In this document: piece by piece, positions 17,043-29,321 of the stretch
Layout of the letters: each line of letters starts with the position of its first letter
Position numbering within the stretch: the first letter of the stretch is position 1
Assembly: GCA_024278215.1 (NCBI GenBank)
Contig: JAJRTR010000111.1
Location: 1-64,000 of the forward strand
DNA: 64,000 bases
Source: a bacterium
Lineage (GTDB): Bacteria; UBP15; UBA6099; JAJRTR01
Direction: 5' to 3'
Position numbers and translations under genes: made by a program
The notes under the pieces: model-generated
Told to the model about the DNA's origin: nothing
Database searches by the model: none
What the model saw: only the letters and a program-made list of their open reading frames with translations

Positions 17043-17783
17043 ATGAGATTCGAGGGAAAAACAGCAGTCGTCACAGGTGCCGGACGCGGCATCGGCAGAG
17101 CCGTAGCACTCGCGCTGGCGGCGGAAGGCGCGGAGCTGGCGATATGCGCCCGGCACGATGCAACTATAACACCTGTTGCTGAAGAGATCGCAAAAAACGG
17201 CGGCGCGGCGGTTCCTTTTGTTTATGATGTTTCAGACAAAGATCAGGTAAATGAATTCGTCCGGAAAGTATATGAGCATTACGACCGTGTCGACATAGTC
17301 GTAAATAACGCGGGCATCACGAGAGACAACTTTTTTCTCCGAATGACGGCTGAAGACTGGGACCCTGTCATGGCGGTTAATCTGCGCGGCACATTTCTAT
17401 GCACGCGCTATTTCGCCCGGAAAATGGTGCGTCAGAAGTGGGGTCGAATAATAAACATGGCATCGGTAGCGGGCGAAGCGGGCAATGTGGGACAGGCGAA
17501 TTACGCGGCGTCGAAAGCGGGCGTGATCGCGATGACAAAATCCGCCGCCCGCGAACTCGCCCGTTACGGCATAACCGTGAACGCCGTTTCACCCGGACTC
17601 ATCGACACCGACATGATAGCCGACATGGAAGATGAAGTGCGCGAAAGAATGAAGGAAACGATACCGGTGGGCAGAATCGGCAGCGTGGACGACATCGCGG
17701 CCGCTGTCCTTTTCCTCGCGTCCGGGGAGGCGTCCTACATCACCGGCCAGACGATGCGTGTCGACGGCGGGTTATATATTTAG
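17043..17783 (+). CDS. fabG: 3-oxoacyl-ACP reductase (SDR family)
   Basis: TGAGRGIG, NNAGITRD, GNVGQANYAASKAG, YITGQTMRVDGG. Confidence 0.88.
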   Translation: MRFEGKTAVVTGAGRGIGRAVALALAAEGAELAICARHDATITPVAEEIAKNGGAAVPFVYDVSDKDQVNEFVRKVYEHYDRVDIVVNNAGITRDNFFLRMTAEDWDPVMAVNLRGTFLCTRYFARKMVRQKWGRIINMASVAGEAGNVGQANYAASKAGVIAMTKSAARELARYGITVNAVSPGLIDTDMIADMEDEVRERMKETIPVGRIGSVDDIAAAVLFLASGEASYITGQTMRVDGGLYI

Positions 17784-17818
17784 CGGCTGAACGAAAAGCT
17801 GCTTCTGCCGGGAATAAG

Positions 17819-17852
17819 AAAAATCCCCGCTGCTTGCGGCGGGGATTTTTTT
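17819..17852. terminator. Bidirectional intrinsic terminator between convergent fabG and murA
   Basis: AAAAATCCCCGCTG-CTTG-CGGCGGGGATTTTTTT. Confidence 0.85.
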
Positions 17853-17947
17853 CCTGTTTTGGGCCCACACCGGTAAAATATGCGGGTTGGGCTTACGACT
17901 GTGAACGGTTGTGAAAAATGATGTAGAACCCATTGGGCGATGAATTC

Positions 17948-19222
17948 TTATTCCGAGTCGATGCGTGTTACGTCGGCGCCGAGGGCGTTGAGTTTGGCGG
18001 CGAAGTTTTCGTAGCCGCGGTCGATGTGATAGATGTCGTAGACGGTGGTGGTGTTTTCGGCGGCGATGCCTGCAAGGACGAGCGCCGCGCCGGCGCGCAG
18101 GTCGGGCGCGACGACTTTCGAGCCTGTCAATTGATCGACACCGGTGATGATGCAGGTGTGTCCCTGGACGTCGAGGTTTGCGCCCATGCGTATCATTTCC
18201 GCGACGTGCATGAATCTGTTTTCCCAGACTGCTTCTTTTATCACGCTGACGCCGCTGCATGTCGAGAGAAGCGCCATCATCTGGGGCTGCATGTCAGTGG
18301 GGAAACCCGGATGCGGCATTGTGGTGATCTTCGCCGGCTTCAGATTTTTCTTTGCCGAGACGCGAATAGCGTTTTTGAGTTCCCGGACGTTGACGCCTGC
18401 TTCCTGGAGCTTGACGATGATAGGTTTGAGGTCGGCGGCGCGTGCGCTTTCGAGTGTGACGTTTCCGCGGGTGATGGCGGCGGCAACCATGAATGTGCCT
18501 GCCTCGATCTGGTCGGGGATCATCGTGTGTTCCGCGCCGTGGAGTTTCGAGACGCCGTCGATTGTTATTGTTCTGGAGCCTGCGCCTTTGATGCGGGCGC
18601 CGATCGATTTGAGGAACCATTCGAGGTCGACGATATGCGGTTCGGCGGCGGCGTTGTCGATGACTGTCGTGCCTCTGGCAAGCACAGCGGCCATCATGAT
18701 ATTGGCTGTCGCGCCGACAGAGGGGAAGTCGAGGTAAATCTTCGCGCCTTTGAGTTTTTCGACGCGTGCGTCGACATAGCCGTGTTTTGTCTGTATCTGC
18801 ACGCCCATCTGCCGGAGGCCGTTGAGGTGGTAGTCGATAGGACGCGAGCCGATGGCGCAGCCGCCGGGCATGGCGACTTTTACACGTCCGAATCTCGCCA
18901 GCATCGGGCCCATCACATAGATCGAGGCCCGCATTTTATTCATCAGCTCGAAGCTTGTCTCGAAGTTCGCCACATCTTTTGTATTGACGGTCATGACGCC
19001 GTTTTCATAGTTGGCACGCGCGCCAAGTTCTTTCAGCACGTCCGTCATGTTCCGGACATCTTTGAGCCACGGCACATTTTTCAGTGTTACTTCTCTATCT
19101 GTCAGCAGTGTCGCCGCCAGCACGGGCAGAGTGGCGTTCTTGCTGCCGCTTATTCTTACGGCGCCTTTGAGTTTCGTATTACCCTGTACTTTATAGCAGG
19201 AGTCTTTTAATTCTTCCTTCAT
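17948..19222 (-). CDS. murA: UDP-N-acetylglucosamine 1-carboxyvinyltransferase
   Basis: SGSKNA, MRAS, PGGCAIGSRPIDYH (catalytic Cys), PGFPTDMQ, DLRAGAAL, HIDRGYE. Confidence 0.97.
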   Translation of the reverse strand: MKEELKDSCYKVQGNTKLKGAVRISGSKNATLPVLAATLLTDREVTLKNVPWLKDVRNMTDVLKELGARANYENGVMTVNTKDVANFETSFELMNKMRASIYVMGPMLARFGRVKVAMPGGCAIGSRPIDYHLNGLRQMGVQIQTKHGYVDARVEKLKGAKIYLDFPSVGATANIMMAAVLARGTTVIDNAAAEPHIVDLEWFLKSIGARIKGAGSRTITIDGVSKLHGAEHTMIPDQIEAGTFMVAAAITRGNVTLESARAADLKPIIVKLQEAGVNVRELKNAIRVSAKKNLKPAKITTMPHPGFPTDMQPQMMALLSTCSGVSVIKEAVWENRFMHVAEMIRMGANLDVQGHTCIITGVDQLTGSKVVAPDLRAGAALVLAGIAAENTTTVYDIYHIDRGYENFAAKLNALGADVTRIDSE

Positions 19223-19390
19223 TTTCCGGAACTCGTGTTTAGTATTTCCTCAAATTATGTGTAAGGAATTTTCATTCTATCAGAGGGGTATTAAAAAAGC
19301 AACGGGAGAAAAACTAAAGTGTGCGCGGCGTGAAACGGGTTGATAGTAAGCCGCATTTATTGTGAAAAGGAATCTCTGTCGTCCCCAAAG

Positions 19391-19420
19391 AAAAAACCCC
19401 GCTCGTTTCAGCGGCGGGGT
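19391..19420 (-). terminator. Intrinsic terminator after murC
   Basis: Minus strand ACCCCGCCGCTGAAACGAGCGGGG followed by TTTTTT. Confidence 0.65.
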
Positions 19421-19486
19421 GAATGGGGGAATGATTTGATAACCGAGTTCAGGTGTTAACTCCGGTTAATCACAAAGTAAGTTGGG

Positions 19487-20860
19487 TCATGCGGTTTTTA
19501 CCCTTTCGGAAAGATTGTGGGCGACTTTCCATACGTCGCCCGCGCCGAGGGTAATCACGAAATCGTCGTTTGTAGCTGTATCAAGAATGTGGTTCGGAAT
19601 TTCATTTATGTCGGGGATGTAGACGACATCCTGGTGTCCATATTTTTTCAGGCTGTCGGCGATAAGCGCGCCGTTGATCTTCGGGATCGGTTTCTCGCCG
19701 GCCGAGTATATGTCGGTGACTATTACCTGGTCGGAGTTAAAGAAACTCTGGCCGTAGAGTTCGAAGAAGTACTTCGTCCTCGAGTAGCGGTGCGGCTGGA
19801 AGATCGAGATAATGCGGCCTTTTCCGCCATGTATCTTGCGTGCCGCGCTCAGTGTCGCCATGATTTCCGTCGGGTGGTGCGCATAGTCGTCGACGACTGT
19901 CATACGGCCCGAGTTGGACAGCACTTCGAAGCGGCGTTTCGCGCCCTTGAATTCGTTGAACGAATTGTTGATGATGTCCATGTCGATTCCGAGTTCCCTG
20001 CCGACCGCGATGGTCGCAAGGCAGTTATATACGTTGTGCATTCCGGGCACCCGGAGACTGAATCTGCCAATCTCGAGCCCCTTGTGAATTACAGTGAACG
20101 CGGAGCCGGTTTCGGTGTATTCCATCTCGATAGCTTTCAGATGCGCGCCGTTGCTCAGGCCGTAGGTTGTTTTTCGCCCGTCGAACTGCTGTCCGAGCGC
20201 TTTCACATTCTGGTCGTCTGTGCACAGAACACACAGTCCGTCCTCGGGTAGTTTCGCGAGGAATTTGTTGAATGTTCCTTTTATTTCGTTTATGTCAGAG
20301 TAAAAATCCATGTGATCGGCTTCGATATTGGTGACGACCGCGATGTGTGGAGAAAGGCGCACGAGCGAGCCGTCGCTCTCGTCAGCTTCTGCTATGAGAT
20401 AATCGCCTGTGCCGAGTTTCGAGTTGCTGTGGAACTGTTCGAGTTCGCCGCCGATGAGAACCGTCGGGTCAAGCCCGGCTCGCTCGACCATCAGCGATAT
20501 CATCGAGGTGGTTGTCGTTTTGCCGTGTGTTCCGGAAACAGCGATTCCCTTGTGCTCCTGCATCAGCATCGCCAGCATTTCGGAGCGATGCAGGATCGGT
20601 ATGCCGCGCTTAATGGCCGATTTGACTTCAGAATTATTTATAGATATTGCAGAAGAGACAACCACTACTTCCGAACCGTTTATATTCGAAGGTTTATGTC
20701 CGAGCTTGATGTCGGCACCCAGTTCTTCCATCGCCTGCACCTGGTGCGATCTTGCCACGTCCGAACCGCTGACCTCAAGGCCCATCTGGAGAAGCACCCT
20801 GGCTATGGCGCTCATTCCTATTCCGCCTATCCCTACAAAGTGGTAACTGTTGAACTTCAT
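19487..20860 (-). CDS. murC: UDP-N-acetylmuramate-L-alanine ligase
   Basis: HFVGIGGIGMS, GTHGKTTTT, EADESDG, DDYAHHPTE, FQPHRYSRT. Confidence 0.97.
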   Translation of the reverse strand: MKFNSYHFVGIGGIGMSAIARVLLQMGLEVSGSDVARSHQVQAMEELGADIKLGHKPSNINGSEVVVVSSAISINNSEVKSAIKRGIPILHRSEMLAMLMQEHKGIAVSGTHGKTTTTSMISLMVERAGLDPTVLIGGELEQFHSNSKLGTGDYLIAEADESDGSLVRLSPHIAVVTNIEADHMDFYSDINEIKGTFNKFLAKLPEDGLCVLCTDDQNVKALGQQFDGRKTTYGLSNGAHLKAIEMEYTETGSAFTVIHKGLEIGRFSLRVPGMHNVYNCLATIAVGRELGIDMDIINNSFNEFKGAKRRFEVLSNSGRMTVVDDYAHHPTEIMATLSAARKIHGGKGRIISIFQPHRYSRTKYFFELYGQSFFNSDQVIVTDIYSAGEKPIPKINGALIADSLKKYGHQDVVYIPDINEIPNHILDTATNDDFVITLGAGDVWKVAHNLSERVKTA

Positions 20861-21248
20861 TTCCTTGACCTCTCGATTTGCAACAGGAGCTATCTTCCTA
20901 TAGGGTTTACAATAGTATCAAATACTATGCCAGAACCGCATATTTATGATAAATTATTGTTTTTTTCTTTATTTAAGCTGTTTTTTTTGCTGTCAACTCT
21001 CAATAACGCACTTTTGCGTACTTTTGTATCCGGCATTTTATCGGCCCAAAGATTTTGTAGTTTTTATTGCATATATCTTAATATTTCGGGTGATTTCTCT
21101 GTTTATCTTCCGTTTTTACCGTTTTTGCGATGTGTTGTGTTTGAGATCGTTTGCAGTATTGTGTCAAAAGGGACACAAATGAGGAAATATTGACACAATA
21201 TGTGAAAGGTATTTATCCCGCATACTTTACACCAATACAGGGCGAAAT

Positions 21249-21284
21249 AAAAAACGGGCCCGGTGTGTGAACCGGACCCGTTTT
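21249..21284 (-). terminator. Intrinsic terminator after hppA
   Basis: AAAAAACGGGCCCGGT...ACCGGACCCGTTTT hairpin. Confidence 0.75.
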
Positions 21285-21312
21285 GTCGACATGTTTCGTT
21301 AATTGCGCGCGA

Positions 21313-23556
<2,244 letters not shown>

Positions 23557-23984
23557 AACCTTTTCGTCCCCTCCTTCAAGGTGGATTTGTTGCGCGGAGC
23601 GGGGGCGGATAACAATTGTCGACTGTTATTACTTCCGGTACATCCGGCGCTTGCTGTTTCCCGCTGTATTTTCCTGCTCCGCTAACCTTGTAGTTCCTAA
23701 TCCTGCTATATCTAAAAAGACCCCAAAACATAATACACGCCTAATGTTTGAGGCCTCTTATGATAAGAAATCCATTACAGCACCTGTTACAAATTTCACA
23801 AGCTCATCTAATATACATAATATCAGGCTTAATTGCAACATGTTGAACAAAAATATGGAAGTCCTTTTTTTTGCAACCGGCACCGCTTAGTTTTTATGTA
23901 TCCGAATGGTTCGCTGACATATCGACTGTGATATAATTACTTCAACAGAACCAATTGCAAAATTATATTCGAGAGGTGAGAGCG

Positions 23985-25016
23985 ATGGTAGTGTCACAGG
24001 AAGTGGACGCGGCGAACAGGCTGCGCTGGGAGCAGGGCCGCAGCGGCCACTATGAAGTCTATTACCTGACGTTCAACCACAGGGCGAGCGGCAGCGGGTT
24101 CTGGATCAGGTACACGATGACCGCGCCCGACAAAGGCAAGGGCGACGCCTACGCGCAGATATGGTTCTCCTATTTCAACAGGGCGAACCCGGCGAAGAAT
24201 TTCGCGCTCAAGCAGAAATACCCGATAGGTCAACTCAAGGCGGAAACCACGCCGTTCCGCCTGCAGATAGGCGGCAACACGCTCGAGAACGGACATGCCG
24301 ACGGCGCTATCTCCGGTAACGGTCACGAGGCGCAGTGGGATGTGTCTTTCGATCCTTCAAATACTGTACACCTGATGATGCCGAGGATTTTTGTCGAGAA
24401 GGAACTGGCCGATACTACCGCTCTCGTGCCGCACCTGGATGTCTGCTTTGAAGGAAAGATCTCCGTGGACGGCGAAGCGCTCGAGTTCGGCGGCGACCCC
24501 GGCTGTCAGACTCATCTGTGGGGCGACGAACACGCCCGCCGCTGGGCATGGGCGCACTGCAACTCATATAATGAAGACCCTTCCGCTGTTTTCGAGGGGC
24601 TCTCCGTGCAGATAAAACGCGCCGGTATCATGTTGCCGCCGATCAACTTGCTGTTTATAAGATATATGGGCAAAGACTATCGTTTTACCGAACTGCACAG
24701 ATTCCTCAGCGCGGGCGGCAGCTTCGATGTCGGACACTGGAAGTTCAATGCCGCGCTCGGCAATGTGAAATTTAAGGGCGAGATGAAATGCCGCGACGAG
24801 GATATGGTATCCGCGGGCTATTTCGACCCCGATGGCGAACCGGCATACTGCAACAACACCGAGGTCGGCGACTCGAAGATCGAAGTCTACAAGCGCCGCA
24901 ACCTTCTGAGCTCGTGGAAACTCGTGGACACCCTCACCGCCGACGGAACCGCACACATGGAGTTCGCAAGCAGAAAACGCGAAGCACGTGTCGAAAAAGA
25001 AATCGAGGAAGTCTGA
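23985..25016 (+). CDS. Tocopherol-cyclase-like / lipocalin-like beta-barrel protein
   Basis: GHYEVYYLTF, FWIRYTM, GCQTHLWG, RWAWAHCN, YFDPDG, YCNNTE pattern. ATG 23985 follows GAGGTG. Confidence 0.55.
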   Translation: MVVSQEVDAANRLRWEQGRSGHYEVYYLTFNHRASGSGFWIRYTMTAPDKGKGDAYAQIWFSYFNRANPAKNFALKQKYPIGQLKAETTPFRLQIGGNTLENGHADGAISGNGHEAQWDVSFDPSNTVHLMMPRIFVEKELADTTALVPHLDVCFEGKISVDGEALEFGGDPGCQTHLWGDEHARRWAWAHCNSYNEDPSAVFEGLSVQIKRAGIMLPPINLLFIRYMGKDYRFTELHRFLSAGGSFDVGHWKFNAALGNVKFKGEMKCRDEDMVSAGYFDPDGEPAYCNNTEVGDSKIEVYKRRNLLSSWKLVDTLTADGTAHMEFASRKREARVEKEIEEV

Positions 25017-25095
25017 GCCGGTTGCAATGCTTAACTACCCATAACTTCAGATTCTTCTTTAAAATTCAAACAACGGCAGTTATATTTATTGTATA

Positions 25096-25144
25096 GAGCC
25101 GATTGCAGCCGACCGCGGCAGAATCAGAATTTTGCAATTGGCTC
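25096..25144 (-). repeat. 49-bp minimal copy of MITE-like family A, flanked by TA on both sides
   Basis: ta-GAGCCGATTGCA...AATTTTGCAATTGGCTC-ta; its reverse complement matches the left end of the 27925 element. Confidence 0.8.
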
Positions 25145-25309
25145 TACATACGAATCAATACGTCAATACAAAGTTGACACGACACTACAGCGTAATAACG
25201 CGTTTCGTGTTTTCACAACACGAATTTCGAAAAACGTGAAACGTTTCATCATCCGTATGTGTCTATACTTGAAAGATCATACATAATGCGGAGAAAGCAA
25301 TAACGAACG

Positions 25310-26017
25310 ATGCAGGAATTTGTTCAGGGATTCGAGCACTATCTGACGGGCGCGCCGCTCCTGGCGTTTGTAGCGGCATTTCTGGGCGGAGTGCTGGCAA
25401 GCCTCACACCATGTGTGTACCCGATGATACCCGTGACGGCGGCGTTTATCGGCAGTAACTCGGCGGGCCAGCCGCCTCTGCGCAGTTTCATGCTGTCTCT
25501 CAGCTATGTAATGGGTATTGCGGTGATGTACTCCGCGCTCGGCGCGGTGGCGGCGCTCACCGGTCGCATGTTCGGAAGCTGGGCCGCCAGCCCCATCGTT
25601 TACCTTATTCTGGCGAATCTGTTCATATTGATGGGGCTTAGTATGCTGGATGTGTTCATGCTGCCGATACCCGCGTTCATGCAGGGCGGCACGGCAAAAA
25701 AGAAGGGCGGCTTCATCGGCGCTTTTCTTGTAGGCGTTGCCGCCGCATTTGTCGCAAGTCCATGCACAGCGCCAGTGTTGTTCAGTATTCTGGCGATAGT
25801 GGCGGCTCAGAAAAATGTCCTGTATGGAACCGCGTTGCTGTTTACCTATGCTCTGGGGCTCGGGCTTCTGCTTGTAGTTGTCGGCACATTCGCGGGCGCG
25901 ATGGCGTCTTTGCCGAAATCGGGCCTGTGGATGGAAAAGGTCAAAAAAGGGTTCGGATGGCTGATGATAGTTGTCGCCGAATACTTCCTGATACAAGCAG
26001 GCAGGATGTGGTTATAA
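25310..26017 (+). CDS. ccdA: CcdA/DsbD transmembrane thiol-disulfide electron transporter
   Basis: GGVLASLTPCVYPMIP and ASPCTAPV motifs; about 6 TM segments. Confidence 0.9.
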   Translation: MQEFVQGFEHYLTGAPLLAFVAAFLGGVLASLTPCVYPMIPVTAAFIGSNSAGQPPLRSFMLSLSYVMGIAVMYSALGAVAALTGRMFGSWAASPIVYLILANLFILMGLSMLDVFMLPIPAFMQGGTAKKKGGFIGAFLVGVAAAFVASPCTAPVLFSILAIVAAQKNVLYGTALLFTYALGLGLLLVVVGTFAGAMASLPKSGLWMEKVKKGFGWLMIVVAEYFLIQAGRMWL

Positions 26018-26051
26018 TGATGAGACAATTGCAAAATTATCTGGAGGCGGA

Positions 26052-26585
26052 ATGAAAAAAATAATTATGCGTTCGCTGTCGGTAATTGTTATGACAGCAG
26101 CGGTATGTTTTATGGCGGGATGCCCGAGAATGGACAAGGGCGGTGGAAGCAGCGCCGCGCTTGGAGCCCTTACGGCCGACGATATGGTGTTTCAGGGGCT
26201 CGACGGCAAAGAAGTGAATCTGAAAGAACTCGCGGACGGCCGACCGATCTATGCGTCGTTTTTTGCGAGTTGGTGCAGGATCTGTGTTGATGAAATACCT
26301 CGCAACAACGAGATATTTAAAAAATATGCCGACCGGGGCCTGCTGGTATACGGCATAAATGTAAATGAATCACTGGGTACCGTGCAATCCGTTATTAAAA
26401 AGAAAGGCATCGAGTATCCTGTTGTGAGGTTTGAAAAAAGCGCGGACAGTGCGGCATTCTCAGTGACAGCGCTGCCGCTTATTATGCTTTTCGACAGCGA
26501 CGGCAAGCAGGTCTATATGGGGCCGGCCCCGCCGGGCAATGATGTCATCGAAAACTTGATCGCATCCGTATCAAAATCAAAGTGA
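26052..26585 (+). CDS. TlpA/ResA-family thiol-disulfide oxidoreductase (lipoprotein)
   Basis: Lipobox-like MAGC, FFASWCRIC active site, cis-Pro motif ALP. Confidence 0.88.
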   Translation: MKKIIMRSLSVIVMTAAVCFMAGCPRMDKGGGSSAALGALTADDMVFQGLDGKEVNLKELADGRPIYASFFASWCRICVDEIPRNNEIFKKYADRGLLVYGINVNESLGTVQSVIKKKGIEYPVVRFEKSADSAAFSVTALPLIMLFDSDGKQVYMGPAPPGNDVIENLIASVSKSK

Positions 26586-27074
26586 ATGGACAGGACCGCA
26601 GACAAAATGGCAATTCAAAACAAAATCATTATCTTTATCGTGTTCATCGGTTTCACTGCCCTGATGTGGTTCAGTCCGCGGTTCGCAGGCCTCGCGTCCG
26701 GGGAAGACAACCACGATACACACACTCAAATGCCCGAGCAGCAAACGCTTCCCGAAACCGACAGGCCGATCTTCGTCGAGTTCTATTCCGACGAATGCGG
26801 AATATGCGAGAGGCTCAAACCCGGCATCGCGCAGCTGGAACTTGATTTTAACGGGCGGATCGAGTTTTTCCGTGTCGACGCCAACGCGATGGAAAACAGG
26901 GCACTTGCCGAAAACTTCAATGTCTACAGCCTGCCTTCGTTTTTTATCGTTTCTCCCGACAGTGAAATAGTTTTTTCACACGAAGGTCTTATTTCTATCG
27001 AATCTCTGAGGGATACCCTGCAATCCGCGGTGGAAAAATATACGGTTCAGGAAAGCACGAATTCCGACTCCTGA
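26586..27074 (+). CDS. Membrane-anchored thioredoxin-family protein
   Basis: N-terminal TM, VEFYSDECGIC, FNVYSLP. The real start could be ATG 26607. Confidence 0.85.
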   Translation: MDRTADKMAIQNKIIIFIVFIGFTALMWFSPRFAGLASGEDNHDTHTQMPEQQTLPETDRPIFVEFYSDECGICERLKPGIAQLELDFNGRIEFFRVDANAMENRALAENFNVYSLPSFFIVSPDSEIVFSHEGLISIESLRDTLQSAVEKYTVQESTNSDS

Positions 27075-27083
27075 TCTTCTATG

Positions 27084-27244
27084 GAGCCAATTGCAAAATT
27101 CTGATTCTGCTGCGGTCGGCTGCTATTGTCCATAGCTGCGTTGTCGGCACAAAATCGTCCTCGACGTACTCTGCAAGTACGCCTGCCGACGAACCGGCAT
27201 AGCTCACGCCGAGTGTGGCGGATATTGGTGAGAAATCCGGGTTA
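27084..27244 (+). repeat. Hybrid copy of repeat family A (family A left 103 bp plus a different right end)
   Basis: 27084-27186 matches 27925-28027 with 3 mismatches. The right end GTGAGAAATCCGGGTTA is the reverse complement of 33052-33068. Confidence 0.85.
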
Positions 27245-27270
27245 GGCCTCGGAGCTTGCTCCGGGATAGT

Positions 27271-27900
27271 TCATTCCGGCATTTCAGGCAGGTCGATGCT
27301 TCTGCCGAATCTTTCACCGTACACAAATTCATTGAGCTCCTTTTTTTCTTTTTGGGGTGGCCACTTGCCTTTCGGATAGCCGACCGGCAATAGTAACGTC
27401 ACACGATAATCCGAGGGCACATGCAGAAGCCGCTTGACACGCCGCTCGTCGAACCAGCCGATCCAGCATGTGCCGAGCCCCAGCCCGCGTGCCGCCAGCA
27501 CTATGTGTTCCACCGATATCGCAACGTCCATCCTGAAGTAATCCATATCCAGAAGCCGGCCCGGCGCGCTGTGGTAAAGAAGATTCTTTCTTCCGCAACA
27601 CACGATCAACACAGGCGCATGCCGCAACCATTTATTGGATGCCGCGCCCATCGGGGCCGCCGTCGCGAGCTTGTCTCGCATCTTCTTGTCTTTTATTATG
27701 ATATAATGCCAGGGTTGTGTGTTGTTCGAGGAAGGCGCAAGCCGCGCAGCCTCCAGTATGACACGCAGCTTCCAGTCTTCGACAGGTTTCTTCGAGTTGT
27801 AGTTGCGCACACTACTACGCTCACTGATGATCTTCATCAGTTCCCCTGTGTTTCCCATATCACGTTTTTCCATTTCATTTCCAACATCATTTTCAGTCAT
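27271..27900 (-). CDS. Nitroreductase-family protein
   Basis: RSSVRNY, ARLAPSSNNTQPW, GLGTCWIG, LLPVGYP; AGGAGG RBS before ATG 27900. Confidence 0.92.
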   Translation of the reverse strand: MTENDVGNEMEKRDMGNTGELMKIISERSSVRNYNSKKPVEDWKLRVILEAARLAPSSNNTQPWHYIIIKDKKMRDKLATAAPMGAASNKWLRHAPVLIVCCGRKNLLYHSAPGRLLDMDYFRMDVAISVEHIVLAARGLGLGTCWIGWFDERRVKRLLHVPSDYRVTLLLPVGYPKGKWPPQKEKKELNEFVYGERFGRSIDLPEMPE

Positions 27901-27924
27901 ATTTCCTCCTGTGATATTCATACT

Positions 27925-28102
27925 GAGCCAATTGCAAAATTCTGATTCTGCTGCGGTCGGTTGCTATTGTCCATAGCTGCGTTGTCGGCGCAAAATCGTC
28001 CTCGACGTACTCTGCAAGTATGCCTGCGAGGATTTTACACCTCCGCCTTGTTCCGAACAATTTCGCTCGACCTCGCTACAAACATAATTTTGCAATTGGC
28101 TC
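27925..28102 (+). mobile_element. 178-bp non-coding MITE-like element (family A)
   Basis: Perfect 17-bp terminal inverted repeats GAGCCAATTGCAAAATT / AATTTTGCAATTGGCTC; partial copies elsewhere in the window; no transposase and no clear target-site duplication. Confidence 0.8.
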
Positions 28103-28289
28103 TGATATTAAATCATATTTTAGTTTATGCAACAAATATTGCCGGACAACGTTTCATATACTTTACTTGGAATATCGCCTCTGATAAAATCGTAATGCAC
28201 GAAAGAACAAAAAAACCACTTTCGCTCGGTGGCGGCAACCTGTCGGCATTGCGGCGCCGAACGCGATGACATGAAGAGGAGCGCAACAA

Positions 28290-29057
28290 ATGGGATATGA
28301 AACACTGATCGTTGAAAAGGAAGAAAAACACCTGATTATTCGGCTCAACAGGCCTCCGGTAAACGCGCTGAGTAAACAACTGATTGAAGAGCTCAACCAG
28401 GTGCTCGACAACGAGGACAGCGACGATATTCTATCGGTGATCATCACGGGAGCGGGTGAAAAAGCGTTCTGCGCGGGCGCTGACCTCAAAGACGGGTTCG
28501 GACCCGACCCGAAAGAACTGAGCAGGAAAGGACAGGCCACTTTCATGAGGCTCGAGCGGCTCGGCAAACCCGTGATCGCCGCGATAAACGGCATCACGCT
28601 CGGCGGTGGTTGCGAACTGGCGATGGCTTGCACATTCCGTCTCATCGACGAGAAGGCGATCATCGGGCTGCCCGAGTCCAACCTCGGCATCTTGCCCGGA
28701 TACGGCGGCACACAGCGCATGCCGCGCCTAATCGGCAAATCGAAAGCACTCGAACTCATGCTCTACGGCAATTTCATCAAAGCTGACGAAGCTGTCAGGA
28801 TCGGCCTCGCCGACAAACTTTGTGATGCAGGCACAACGCTCGAAAAAGCCGGGGAACTCGCCCGCCTCACTGCAACTCGCGCACCGATTACTACAAAACT
28901 GATTCTCGACTGTGTTAACAGGGGCATTGACATAGACATCGATTCGGGCCTGAAGATCGAACAGGAAAACTTCGGCAGGGTCACGGCAACCGAAGATTCA
29001 AAAGAAGGTGTGGCGGCGTTCCTGGAAAAACGCAAACCGGATTTCAAGGGCGAATAG
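28290..29057 (+). CDS. Enoyl-CoA hydratase (crotonase family)
   Basis: LNRPPVNAL, AFCAGADL, GGGCELAMAC, GLPESNLGILPGYGGTQR, AFLEKRKPDF. Confidence 0.93.
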   Translation: MGYETLIVEKEEKHLIIRLNRPPVNALSKQLIEELNQVLDNEDSDDILSVIITGAGEKAFCAGADLKDGFGPDPKELSRKGQATFMRLERLGKPVIAAINGITLGGGCELAMACTFRLIDEKAIIGLPESNLGILPGYGGTQRMPRLIGKSKALELMLYGNFIKADEAVRIGLADKLCDAGTTLEKAGELARLTATRAPITTKLILDCVNRGIDIDIDSGLKIEQENFGRVTATEDSKEGVAAFLEKRKPDFKGE

Positions 29058-29097
29058 TCGTTTTGACTTGTTTTGTGTTCGTAGTGTGAACCCTTTC

Positions 29098-29135
29098 TCT
29101 CGACCTCGCTTCGAACATAATTTTTCAACTGGCTC
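29098..29135 (+). repeat. Right-end fragment of repeat family A
   Basis: TCGACCTCGCTTCGAACATAATTTTTCAACTGGCTC is nearly identical to 33348-33383. Confidence 0.75.
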
Positions 29136-29321
29136 TTTATCGTTGTGAAGTACCTGCTTCGTAACGTAGCTTACACTGATCGAAGTGTATAAATAAGGTG
29201 CACAGCTCCTGCTGTGCTGATAGCATAAATAAAGACATATAATGTGAAAGCCGGGGTTTTCAGTTTCTGCATTCCCGGGTTTCTCCCCGGGGACGAGTAA
29301 AAACTTCAATTGATTCGAACA

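Noticed and set aside
27180-27250. GTTAGGC (27241) and ATTTAAC (33049) as possible integron attC core sites
   Set aside because: No complementary core pair at suitable spacing, no cassette array and no integrase.
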